This document shows, piece after piece, positions 1 through 12,290 of a stretch of 64,000 nucleotides of DNA. The stretch covers positions 1,023,521 through 1,087,520 of the forward strand of contig NMRA01000056.1 in assembly GCA_002633005.1 (NCBI GenBank), read 5' to 3'. Under the pieces are notes generated by a model. That model was given only the letters and a program-made list of their open reading frames with translations. It had not been told where the DNA came from and did not search any database. Position 1 is the stretch's first letter. Every line of letters starts with the position of its first letter. Origin of the DNA: Phoronis australis (lineage: Eukaryota > Animalia > Phoronida). Position numbers and translations under genes: made by a program.

Positions 1-19
1 TGAAGCAGGCCCAAGTTAC

Positions 20-188
20 CTTGATTAGCTAGGTAGGCATTCTCCTCTCCGTCATCACCCTTGGTCAGTCTAGCCAAGCCAAAGTCAGCGACCTTGACTG
101 TATTGTTGTCACCGACCAAGATGTTGGCAGCTCGCAGGTCACGGTGGACAAACTCCATCATCTCCAAGTAAGCCATTCCATCAGTGAT
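20..188 (-). CDS. Src-family kinase exon 8 (catalytic and activation loops); gene continues beyond the left edge
   Basis: Acceptor TCTTCTCAG, donor AAG|GTAACT, 169 nt. Encodes [64 protein letters not shown] is the Src-family signature. Confidence 0.97.
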
Positions 189-584
189 CTGAGAAGACAG
201 AGGTTAGTTTTTAGAACGAAATGTATTTCTCCAAAGTACTCTTAGTTCATTGTTCACCTGAGGCAGAATTTTTCGTGTCATACGATGCAATTAAAGTGGC
301 CATAGGTCAGTTTAAAAAATCTTCAAAAATAGGTGCAAACACAATGCAATGAGAAAACCAATCTGCACCATTGTTGGGAGGGCCAGATTTCCTTCAAGTT
401 ACTCAACAGCATTTTTATAACCAATCATGAGGCATATACATAACAAAGATGTCCAGTCTCTGCCATGTTACTAGTCCACTACATGATCAAACACCCCCCA
501 CCACCAGCCCACCACCACCACTAACCCCACAACACCACCCCCCCGCACCCACCCCCTAGAACCCAACAACACTATCCTAGTTAC

Positions 585-841
585 CTGCACAGACATGTCA
601 ATGATTATGTCCAACGTGAGTTTCTCCTCCGTATCATTCCTAAGATACTCGAGCAGCGAGCCATTGGACATGAGCTCGGTAATGATGTAGATAGGTTCTT
701 CCTGCGTGCACACCGCAAACAACTGTACCAGGTTCTTGTGTCGCAACGTGTGCATGATTTTAGCCTCCTGTAGAAAATCCTCTGTCGACATGGAGCCTGG
801 TTTAAGAGTTTTGACAGCAATGTCTACCGTTTTCCATTTAC
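585..841 (-). CDS. Src-family kinase exon 7 (kinase N-lobe, hinge)
   Basis: Acceptor CTCACCAG, donor CAG|GTAACT, 257 nt. Encodes [30 protein letters not shown]...[21 protein letters not shown]...DMSVQ, with the catalytic lysine and a Thr gatekeeper. Confidence 0.97.
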
Positions 842-1379
842 CTGGTGAGAGTGAGACAAAAACATTGAGCAAAAGGCATACAATACAAGACAAACGTAAT
901 CAGACAAAACACCCTTTCCCCACTATGACGACTAATTCTATTAACAGCAAAAACTACTGGCATCAACTATTAGGGCGGCAAACTTTTAACTACAAGATGG
1001 CTTACTTCCTGTTAATTCTCCTTCATTCTTGGTCATCAGGGGAGACTACTCTGACCATGAATTCAGCTTCCGCCCAGCCATCTTGACAGGGAATTCTGGG
1101 TCATTATGTCTGAATACTTTTGGCTTGTACTTGATATTAGTGTTCAAAAAATGACAAATGAATATTTCAACAGGAAAATGACAACCAATACGAGAAAAAA
1201 AATCTTAGCTCATTTTTTAAGATTTTTAATGGATTAACCTAACATAACAAAACCAATGCTATGAAGTTGACATGCATCCAGGGTGTATCTCAAACAATAA
1301 GCTCTAGCGACGCTAGAAAGTGCTACAGTAGTCGAATTCACCTGAAAATCAAATTGCATCGGCGCATTGTCATCATACA

Positions 1380-2400
1380 CCCGAGTCAAGTTTCATTGAA
1401 ATCCTTCAATTTGTTCCTTAAATATCACCTGGAAATGGTATTCCCCAAACGTCATTTGCTGCTGTGGTTGAATCCACCCAAAAAACAAATGATCCAGCAC
1501 ACTGACATATTTCTGAGTCAAGTTTTGTTGGCACTCGTCAATCAGTTCTTCAGTAATTACTCTTCTCCAAAACAACACTTGAAAACTCCTTGATGAGAAC
1601 AAAATGGTCACTAGGAGGGGCTACAGTATTTGAATCCGTCTGAAAATTTAATGGTGCTGGCGCTTTGACATCACATACTTTGTGTCAAGTTTCATGAAAA
1701 TCCGTCAATCACATCATTCTCTAGATATCATCCAGAAACACTCTTTCCCAAAACGGCTGCTAGGAGGCGGTGCAGTGATCAAATCCACCAAAAATCAAAT
1801 GGTACTGGCGCATTTTCTTCACATACCTCAGTGACAAGTGTCATTGAAATCCGTAAATCTGTTCTTAAAATATCATGCAGAAATACTCTTCCACAAAATG
1901 GCCACTGGGACAGTTTCAGCGCATTGACATCATATACCTCAGTATCAAGTTTCATTGAAATATGTCAGGTTCTCTTGATATCATCCAGAAACGCTCTTCC
2001 CCAAACAATACTTGAAAAGCCTTAGTCCAGAACAAAATGGCCACTGGGAGGTAATACAGTGGTCAAATCTGCCCGAAAATTTAATGATGCCAGCGCATTG
2101 ACATCACACACCTCTTTGTCATTTTTTATAGAAATCCTTCAATCAGTTCTCTACATATCCAGAAAACCTTCTACACAAAATGGCCACTAATAGGCACTGG
2201 TGCAGTTGAACCCGCCAGAAATCCAAATTCTGCTGGCACATTCTGATCATATACCTCTGTGTCAAGTTTCATTGAAGTCCGTCTGACGGTTCTCTAGATA
2301 TCATCCGGAATCACTCTACCTCAAAGCAATATTTGAGAACCCCCTAGTCAAAAACTAATTGGCCACTAGTGGTCGAATCCGCCCAATAGCTTAATGGTGT
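1380..2400 (+). repeat. Degenerate tandem array of ~130-150 bp subunits (transposon-internal type)
   Basis: Recurring AAATGGCCACT, AATCCGCC and TCAAGTTTCATTGAAATCC motifs. A solo unit lies near 4000-4100. The arrangement resembles internal arrays of Helentron-associated non-autonomous elements (inference). Confidence 0.7.
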
Positions 2401-3313
2401 CGCAAAGAAAATGTAATAATGATTTAAAACCATATGATTTCAAAAATTCCAACCCAGTAATGTATCTTTTTTTAAACAACAATTTTCAGAACTTTTGATT
2501 GCACACATATTGGGCATTTTCGGTCAATTTCTGCTCGTCACCACGGCTACAAAAACTTAAACACGAAAACACTTTATCAAATTTTGGGAATTAAAAAATG
2601 AGATCTGGATGAATGCGTTATTTGAAAATATGTTGTCTAATTTGGTTTTAGGCACCCATTGGCTTCCACTGAAAATTACACAGTTCAGTAGTGAATGCTC
2701 TGTACTTGCAGCTTAACTCATAAACGATGCTCTTCATATTGGCACTCTCTAGAGTAATAAGAGCATGAAAGTGACTTCCAAGTGATTCCGACTCGGGTTT
2801 GGTGGACAGAAATTCAATTATTACATAGTGGTTCATGAATATAAATACAGACGGAATAAATTACACGGTCAGCTCTTCCCATTGTTTGATTAGTTAAAGT
2901 TCGCATCTAAGCTCGTTGACACGGGCTGGGATCGAAATTCTCTCGCTCTATCTATGGCAGCCACTGGCTTTGTCGCGAATACATCTTCGCAGTGGGAAAT
3001 ATATGGAACAAGACGTCTTTGCTCATCAACAGATATTTCAAAAGGTTTGCCTTTTTTCATAAGCCATTGTGACACAGAAGTGAAAATTTGCTGACATTAT
3101 AAAAGCAGGAAAGGTGTTATAACGCTGTTGATACCAGTAGGATGAAGAAACTTCCCTCCGGCATTACACAGGAATATATAGGTGAACGCCTGTCCAGCAA
3201 AGACTTGATCGCCGTCTGGTGGGTTAGTGAATTTAAATATGGCGTGGCTGTTTTGAAAGTCAGCTATTACAGTTGATTTTATATAGAACAACCATACATG
3301 CAGAACACAATAC

Positions 3314-3460
3314 CTTTGTATACTTTTCCAAAGTTGCCAGCTCCTAATTCTTTGATAAGTTTGACGCCATTTCGGTTGATCTCCAGCTCTCTGAATGAGA
3401 TGACAGGGGGCTCACGGGGACACGGCTGAACTAGTCTTTGGCATAATCCGTCGGACTCCA
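3314..3460 (-). CDS. Src-family kinase exon 6 (SH2-kinase linker, Gly-rich loop)
   Basis: Acceptor ATTTCAG, donor AAG|GTATTG, 147 nt. Encodes VESDGLCQRLVQPCPREPPVISFRELEINRNGVKLIKELGAGNFGKVYKG with DGLC and GxGxFG. Confidence 0.96.
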
Positions 3461-4907
3461 CTGAAATAGGTTACCATAACCACATCTTAAGTTGTCTGCA
3501 CGTGAAGCAGAAATAACTACCATGATCGTCCACATTTATGATCAGTGTTTTTAAATACTGAGAAACAAAAAATTCTTTGGATGCATGGACATTGAACTGA
3601 CTGCAGATTTGAAAATGAGACTGATGAGTCGGTAGTGGTCAAATAGGCAAACCACTGATTATGACAGAGAAACTCAAATGTCTAGGAGAAGGCATTGAAA
3701 AAATCGGGAGAAGACTGTGTGCCTCAGTGGCTTGAGCTTTAGACTCCCGTTTGAGAGACCCAGTTTCGAAAACTGGCCTTACTGGCAGACAATCGAGCAT
3801 TGTACAAAGAGGTGTCCTACTCCTCTGAGCTCGGTCTTAATAGTGAATGCATGCGATGGAATAAATGAGAATATGAATACAATAAGAAAGTGATTTCTGG
3901 GCTTTGCTCATATTTTTTAACAAAATGGGGGCTTTCAAAAATGAGTCAGGGTGATCGAATAAGCAAACCACAAAAACCACAAAATAAGCAACCTCAAAAA
4001 TAAAAATGGCCACTAGGGGGCGTAGAATATGTCGAATCCGGCCAAAAATGGGAAGGTTTCGTTGTCTACTGAATAAAAATCTATTTGCCAAATTTCATGA
4101 GAATAACATGATGCAGACGTTAGGCAAAATATTGAAAATCTAGATGTACATGAGAGAGTTGTCTCTCCAGTCCGGTTATGTAAGATTACCTTCTAATGAT
4201 GGGCTTGAGCTATAGCAACTGGGTTAGCAGTAGCCCTTATAAGGCCATGTGTTTTGAAACAGTGTCTGACAGCAGGAATTACTTTCCACAGAGCAATACA
4301 TGTACTGTGAAACTGGTCACAGCAAAACACTGTAACTTCATTATTCGTGGGCCAATTTTTGTGCTTCAAAAATGAAATTTGAAGGTTTTCCGTAATGAAC
4401 ACAGACATCCACAAACTTTTAAAAAAGGGAAAGCAAAAACAAAACGAAAAATAATTCAGCACAGCCAGGCAGCTGTGTGGCTTGTAACCCACGTCAATAG
4501 ACTCAATACGCTCAGCATGCTACCCTCTCACTGGCACTGGGGATAACTATATAAAATCCGTATGTGCATGAAATCAGAGAAAACCTCGCTGACCATGGGC
4601 AATGGAGAGGTTGTGCGTATCCTTTTCTACGCCTAATGGAGACAAACATACAAGACTAAAATTTCCACTAAGGCACATACCATATATTGAATCCGTTTGA
4701 AAATTTCGACAGACCATCCCATTTATGACAGGAACATGTCTGCTCAATTTTACAACCATCCATCGATGGGTTTTGGGACATAGTAGCCGACAACGGATGA
4801 CAACCGGACAAAGATGACGGCCGGCACTGTGTGCCCATATATGTTTATGTGGATGGACAACAAATGAAATCCTAACACAGTTTTTACTTGCATATCTTTT
4901 CACTCAC

Positions 4908-5066
4908 CTGAGTAATGATTAATAAGTTCGTTTATGGTCGAAAATGTCCGCTTGGGTGCAATGTACACTCCACCATTGTCCAAGTTTTTTATGCGGTAAT
5001 GCTTAATTATGACGTCCTGCGTCTTGTTGTCGAAATCACGAATAGAGAGTGCATGGGTCTTTTTAT
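4908..5066 (-). CDS. Src-family kinase exon 5 (SH2 C-terminal part)
   Basis: Acceptor TTTTGTAG, donor CAG|GTGAGT, 159 nt. Encodes DKKTHALSIRDFDNKTQDVIIKHYRIKNLDNGGVYIAPKRTFSTINELINHYS with the KHYRI..LDNGG.YI motif. Confidence 0.96.
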
Positions 5067-5154
5067 CTACAAAACAATTTTTAAGAAATCATAAAACCAA
5101 CACTAAACACATCTCTGGGCAAAATTTCCAACAAACCGAATCTGAGAATGTTAC

Positions 5155-5224
5155 ATGACAAAAGCAACATCCCATGATGACAAAAGTAACATCCCATGAC
5201 AAAAGTAACATCCCATGACAAAAG
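5155..5224 (+). repeat. 19-bp tandem repeat, ~3.5 copies
   Basis: CATGACAAAAG(C/T)AACATCC repeated. Confidence 0.85.
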
Positions 5225-7054
5225 AGAATCTGGTTTTAAAGTAAGTGCACATGAGGTGTTTCACAAAATAAAACACACATCGCTTAAATGTTCAGGCATC
5301 GCTGTTCTCACTCAAGTGGTCTTGATAATTATCTTAACACATTTCCATTCTTTCACAGGCCTGAAGTGTCATTAACATGATACTAAATCCCGACAGCCTC
5401 TCATGCAAAAAATGGAAAACTTTAAAAACAATTCTCAACAACACTTTAGAGAAGAATGCATAAAGCCAGCATCCGACGGTGTCATATGAATCTGATTGGT
5501 TATTTCTAAGAGATGTTCCGAAGTTGGCCCAATTCATTTTTTCTGTGGTCCTGTTTGACATAGTCTTTGTAAGGAGTTATATACACTCGGGAGTCCAAGG
5601 GTGAGATGTCAACTACCAAGTCTGATTGGATTTCTGTACTCAACCCAATGGTCCCAATGACTCAGTCCCGGTTGTGGAAGAAATCTTTTCAAACTTATGT
5701 TCATTAGGTCATGTGATGCTGCCACAGGTGGCGAGGTGACCAGACTTAAGAATGTTAGCGAGTTATCAAACTTGTTCTAAATTTTCACGGTTGACAAGAG
5801 TTACAGAGCCTGATTCTACTTTGAAATTCACAGAGGAAGTAAACTTGAGGATTAAGATAACACTAGGCTCAGATTAATCCTAACAGAGATTGAGGACACC
5901 TAAGCCTCACTGTAAACAATCTTTTATTGGACACAGGAAGGTGGGAAACCCATTCCCAGTAGAAAAAGGTGCTTCAGGCTAGGATCAGGGTGGAAATGTC
6001 AAGCATCAAAACATTATTTTACCAGAACCAATTATGCAATTTTCATCTGATTAATCTTAAATTGAAAATACCTCAATACTGTGTTACATAATGGGTAATT
6101 TAACCTTCATTGTTATACTGTTTAAAAATGTGAATTCTACTGACAGAAATAATTAGCACATGCACACATGCATTTTTAATTTAAACTTTGGATTAAGGCG
6201 CATCTCCAAATACAAGCACTTGAAGGAGTGAGTGATCGCATGATCATTCCGTTCTGTTTTGGGAAAGATCAAATTCGTTCCGTGTCGTGAGTGGCGAATT
6301 GATCTAGTTCGAGCGTAGTTTTCGCAGCCAGTCTTTGTCAAAATAAGTTTAACATCACTCTACGAATGAAATAACTAACAGCGAATATTAAACTTGATTA
6401 ACGCATGGTCAAAATCACACGCAGTGCTCATAATAAATATTGAACCGCAATAAATCAATGAACTCTACTGGGTCTATAGTTAGTACAGTGAGTTGGCCTA
6501 TTAAAAGATCAAGTTTGTTGCAGCGAATCTGGCCGTGGATGAAATCGATGAGCTTCACTGGGACCAAAGATTAAAATCATAAGCATTAACACGGTGTATT
6601 ACAGAATCATCTAAATGATTTATGCCGTAGACGACTTAGGATATTAAATTATAGTTAATTAATTGAGTTAGCCAGACTTAAATCCATTACGCACGAAGGA
6701 TTGATTCATTAACAATTACACTGGTGCCAAAAGGTGTTACATCACTCAGTCCTGAAGTCTACCTACATAGTCAGAGAATATAACTCCACCATGCACGAAA
6801 AATATAGGCATGTGGCCAGGTGTCTTCTGCGGTGCACCAAGCGGGCTTAGGCCTGTGCCTTCTGTGGTGCACCAGGCATGCTTAGATCACACAGTTGCGC
6901 CCGTTGCACTAATCACACTCAAGAGGATTACTCAGCTTGAGATTCTTCATGAGTGAAGTCCTCTAATCTTCACGGTTTTTTTTCATGCATGAAGGAGTGA
7001 TTCATTAACATTTGCACTTATGCTAACAAGTGAAAAATATGCCCTGAAGTCTAC

Positions 7055-7146
7055 CTGCAGCTGGCCTGACGAGGAATGTGCCGATTGGGTTGCCAGGCAA
7101 CAACAAAGCTTTGTCGGAATCACGACGCTCATAGGCAAACCACCAA
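7055..7146 (-). CDS. Src-family kinase exon 4 (SH2 N-terminal part)
   Basis: Acceptor TTATTACAG, donor CAG|GTAGAC, 92 nt. Encodes DWWFAYERRDSDKALLLPGNPIGTFLVRPAA with the GTFLVR motif. Confidence 0.93.
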
Positions 7147-8267
7147 CTGTAATAAATACAAACAAATGCTGCAAAATACAGATTCAATTGCTTATGTAAA
7201 ATATCATTTGCATAACTTTTCATTTTCATTTTCAAAATCAAATTTCCATCAGCAAAAATCAAATTTCATCTGCAACAAACAGCACAGACAAAAACCTCGA
7301 GATGAATTCTTGAACAGTGAATAGTTAGCTACAATATTCTTTCTTCTTTATAACCAGCGTTGTTCCCAATACGGAACACTCATATGATAGCTTTGCAAGC
7401 AAATGATAATAATATACAAATATTGGATTAATAAACTGTGCTTCTAGATGTCAGTAAAGTATTTGGCAGACAATGTTCAGCACCACCAAGAGTTTTCATG
7501 TGATGTGGACGGAAAATTGAAGTAGAGAGATTTCATGTTTCGAAAAATTCTTTGCAATTATCTTGCTGTCAAATAGTCATAGTTGTATGGAGGTATGCTC
7601 AACGACATCATGTAAAAACCCAAAACATCAACAAATGAAAGAAATTATGTTTAATTTAGTCAACTCGGCAGATCTTGTAAGCCATAATTTGACTAAGGTC
7701 ACATCAAACAGATGTCACTTAAGTGCCCTCACCATGCAAAGAATCTGTACATTGGCCGTTCCTGCTATAATTGTAGCCTTGTTGATTGCTTCACTGATCA
7801 AATGAGACAGTGATGCTTCAATTAGACAATGCCAGCTTATAGAAAATCTATACGCTCTAGCATCCAGAATCGAACAAAACAAGAATTCCTCAAATGAAAA
7901 CAACTTGTAATTGAAGGGTGTATGAAAGAGACACTTCCTTCTACAGTTCTTTGGTAAGCTGTGTATGTTCACTAAGACCTTGTTTTCCTTAAAAAAACCT
8001 GTACATGCCCGTTTCCTTAGTGAGTATTTCAAACGGAGCTTATAAATAATTTTTCTGTGCAACAGAAAAATCTAACCCGATTCACGTGATTATACCAATT
8101 AGACAGTAAAGCCGTTTCCACAGCACACATTCGAGTGCAGGTGTGTATTATGTTTTTGAAAAATGGAAAATAACAGCTTTGGCAAATTATCATTGCCATC
8201 TTGAAGAGCGAGTTTCAAAATGTGGTGTGTGAAATGCATCTGTAAAGCAAAATACACGTTGACCTAC

Positions 8268-8381
8268 TCTTGTGCCTCCAGGGAATCTGTGTCTTTCACC
8301 ACATAGTTGCTAGGAATGTAGCCTTCCTGCCCTGTCTGTAGATGGCGTGCCTGCCACCAGAGTTCAACCTCCAGCTTGTCA
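8268..8381 (-). CDS. Src-family kinase exon 3 (SH3, second half)
   Basis: Acceptor CTTTCCAG, donor GA|GTAGGT, 114 nt (phase 2-2). Encodes [38 protein letters not shown] with the WW and GYIPSNYV motifs. Confidence 0.95.
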
Positions 8382-8599
8382 CTGGAAAGTCAAAGGTCAA
8401 TTGTCATTAAACGGTCAAAGGTCGCAAAATTGTAGGGTCATCGTGTCAGTGTCACCAAACAATGGAAAGAAACAGGGACATAACACAGAACGAAGAAACA
8501 AATCATCCATGCGGAAAAATTAAAAGAAAATCGAATTCCATACTCGACCAAAAACTTCTATTGTATGGAAAACACCCCGCCCAAACAAAGCCAGATAAG

Positions 8600-9040
8600 T
8601 ATAACATATGTAATGATTCCAGTAACATGAAAAGAATCCAATGTTGGGCAACTCGACCAGTTTGCGTACTTCGAAATCTGCCGCAATGATAAAAGAGACT
8701 ATGCTGCTTTAGTAATAACATCGCCTAAGACTGCTCTGGTTAATCAGACCCATCATAAGCACAATGGGGTAGTATTTCTAAATTTTCGTTTTGAAAGTTT
8801 TGAAATAGCGTATTAGTTTGTATTAGTTTGTAAACAGGAATCAGGGTTTGGTTTTTGAATTTTGAAAATCCGACAAAAAATATGACTTTCACAAGCTAAA
8901 ACTTTTGAATAATGTTGCAATAATATGTTCCTCATTAACTCTGCTGGGTGTGCAACATAATTGGGCCAATTACCAAACCACGAGGCAGCAGTTGGATTTT
9001 GAGGTAAGCCAAGTGTCATCCTATAATTCTTGTCATGACA
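8600..9040 (-). repeat. Dispersed repeat family, copy 1
   Basis: The reverse complement matches the 38489 and 29718 copies (GATGACACTTGGCTTACCTCA...GGTAATTGGC...TTCAAAA...GTTGCCCAA...ATTCTTT.CATGTT). Confidence 0.8.
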
Positions 9041-11398
9041 TGCACTATCAAATTACAACAAAAGCCCTGATTTAAAAGTTATGGTAAACACGATCATTTT
9101 TAAATACACAAAAGTTTCACCATTTCAATTAAACTTGGGTAATTATGAAAAGCTTTATATTCCTTGTCAAAACAAATAAAAGATATCTGTTCTTTTGAGC
9201 AAGAGACTAAATCTGTCCCAGTAGTGGCTTACATCCTTGGCATATATCAACTTCTAAAAAATGAGGCGTTGGTTCATTTTCTGAGAGACTATCAATATGA
9301 TTTGCAAAATAGTCACATAAAACAAAAACAATTGACAAGCAGCACCATCAAAATAACATTTAGCATAGGATGCAGTATTTAGTCCATGACATGCAAAGTC
9401 CATTAGGAACTGGTTTACTGATGAGTTGCGTGTCAGACACTTTGGAATAATGGCAAAAGCAAGTCCTGTTCCCCTGATAGAACTGAGCATACGATCGATG
9501 GATGAAATCAGCAATTCAATGTGGCTTTGTCAAAGGTGCGTCTACCGTGTACACAAATGCGCTCACAGGAAAAAATAATAAGTACAGCAGAACCTACATA
9601 CTTACAAAATATCTTACATCTCTGCCCACTTTGGATTTCAGCCCTTTACTAAATCAGGGGTGGTAATGAAATCACTAGAAAGAGGTTATACCATAGCATA
9701 GTAGAATACCTAATCTTTCTCTTCAAAACACCACAGCAAGGCCTCTTGCCACAAATGAACAATTTTTATAAAAGCGTGAAAATTTTGAGACATCCAGTGG
9801 AGAAAACAAATAAAGTTTGAGTCTAATACTGGAATAAAAACTTACAAAAATTAGCGACGTTGTGTCCGCATCTCACGGACTTCAGCTTGGCTTGTGACGT
9901 TATTGTTATTCTGGCCAATTGGTGGCGTTTTGACCAGACAGCAAGGCACTGACGTCAGAAAACCATCCCATATGTGTGAGAAATCGAATCTTAATTTAAA
10001 ACGCCTCTTTTATTTAAAGAGGGACTCTCAATGCGCTCATGGATAGCTTCCTTTACACCCCTTCTGAACCAGTCTTCCTCAAAGTCTAGGATAGTGACAT
10101 TATCAGTATTGCAATCATGTCCAATTTTTACCAAACGTAATTTTTAGTGGAAAATGTTCTGCTCTCGTGGCAGACGTTCCAAGGCCCATGGTCAGGTGCT
10201 ACAACCCCTGAGATGCTCCCTGTTACAAGCAGATTACAACACCTGTTCAATCTAAAGTGCTCTGCAAGGCCAATTTCCTGGACGGTACAGAACCAGGATG
10301 TAGAAGACTGGCAACCATCACAACGTTAAACATCAAACATATAAAGTCAGAAGTACCTTTTATCAAAGGTCATAAGAGAGATCTCGGCCAAAACAGTCGC
10401 ACCTTGATTTTTTAAAAGTGAAATTGATTTGAAAATGAGCTTAAATTACATTCAAGTTAATAACAATCGTTTCGCTCAAACAAAATTCAAGTGTCACCTT
10501 TGCAATGACATTCTACAACCGTCTTAGACGGTGTACGACCTGCGATAAACAGGACCATACTGTACGATAACATCAAAGTATTTGGGGAACAAGCCTGCCT
10601 TTACGAACAGTGCGTCCAGAAAAATGCTCAGGCGGATAAGCCGCAATGAAGCCTGCTTTGAAACAAAACGTCATAAAGTAAGCCCTTGAGTAGTGTCAGG
10701 ATCCAAAAGCTGTGACTATAAATCACAATACGATTATCAAGACATTCACACCGTCACACTTTCAGCCAGATCCGGGTACATAACGCTCCGGGGATTATGG
10801 GTGTGAACGTTGTGATGGTCAGGATGAGAGATTGGGGCTGATGCCTATTATTAACAAGATGGCCGACAAAGGAAAATTGATGCACATGGGACATAACTCC
10901 TAGAATTTGCCAAAGTTTACATTCCCCAAAGCCACAATATCTTGCTCTGACTAGAGAGTAATGGCAAGTGTACAAAAATTTCAAGAAATATACCCAGGGT
11001 GCATTTTTTGAAAAAATATATGGTTACCCTAATACCGTAATGTTTTCCCCAGATTCAGAGAAAATGGACACCAAAGCCTCAATCAAAAGAAATTTTAATA
11101 CATAAATGTGTTACCAAATCACCTTTTATCAAACAAACAACTCCTGTAATCACATGCATATAATTCAGGTAAATGCTCCAGGAATTTTCTTTTTATTATG
11201 TGCCAGTTCAAGTATTCTTTCATTCAGTATATTCAGCAAAGCCAAACATGCCTTCAGTCGTGGAAACTCCCTCGGTCCAAATACACCACAGACTTGTATA
11301 CCAAAATCTCAAGTAGTGTATTGCGACACAAAAGTCTCAGACTCACTGAATGCAACCCTAAACTAGGACGGACTTTTGAACTGCCCATAAACTCTCAC

Positions 11399-11495
11399 CT
11401 TTCAGTGATGACCTCCATGCGATCGCCTTTCTTAAACTCAAGGTCGTCATCTGCTTGTTTTGCATAGTCAAACAACGCCTTCACCACTACAGCAC
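11399..11495 (-). CDS. Src-family kinase exon 2 (SH3, first half)
   Basis: Acceptor TTCCAG, donor AG|GTGAGA, 97 nt. Encodes GAVVVKALFDYAKQADDDLEFKKGDRMEVITE with the ALYDY-type SH3 motif. Confidence 0.95.
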
Positions 11496-11884
11496 CTGGA
11501 AGCAGACATTGAATTTGAAATTGAGTGACAGTAAACACTTTTCAGTTCAGGACCAAATGTAGAGGGAAAAGAACTGAATTTTACGCTGCCGTTTACGTGG
11601 CTTATACACGAGTTTTGCTATAAATTTGGCAGATTTCTGATTATTTGGAACAAATGTAGTAAATCTTGCATGCGCGTTATTTGTCTTTTCTTTCGTTTTA
11701 GTTAACAGTTCAAATAATGAAAAAATTCGATTTTCAATGATCATAGATTTAGCTTTTATAATCCGCAGTGTCTAAAATGGCAAGGAAGGAATACTGCCCC
11801 AAACAGACATGAGTCATCACTCATGTCCAGCTCTGTTCCCCAACGCCCAAACAAAAGAACCATCATAAAAGTCTTTAGGTCTGA

Positions 11885-12290
11885 TGTTTTAACTCCAAAT
11901 TGAACTCGAAATCATTTTTGTCATTTTCTATTCTGCTTTTTGCCAATTCAAGAGAAGTGCCTCTTATTGTATGCATGGGTTGCATGAATGACTTTCCAAT
12001 CCTAGTTCGTACTTGACGACTCCAGCATGAAGGCAAAACGAGCCTGGACACAAAGTTTCGAGTTGTTACTCGAAATCTTGAGTAATATGGTATTACTAGA
12101 GTTTGTAGCTCGAATCTAGGCAGCATCAAGTGAGACCTTGGACTAGAAACTCATACTCATGAACCACAGTGTACTTGAGAACATAATAACAGATACTTAT
12201 CTAGAGTTCGTACAAAATTAAAATAGAAAATGCCAAAAATATTTTCGAATTCGATTTCGAGTACAAAGATTAGACTCGGGGGGGGGGACC
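11885..12290. mobile_element. Degenerate relative of the 14194-14604 element
   Basis: Its right end (TAGAAAATGCCAAAAATATTTTCGAATTCGATTTCGAGTACAAAGATTAGACTCGGGG) resembles the termini of 14194-14604. Boundaries are approximate. Confidence 0.5.

Noticed and set aside
471-893. 140-aa ORF as a stand-alone kinase
   Set aside because: Only 585-841 is exonic; both flanks are intron read-through.
3715-3790. tRNA genes here and at ~14985-15050, ~26320-26400 and ~49400-49465
   Set aside because: Only degenerate A/B-box-like motifs without pairing stems; at best decayed SINE heads.
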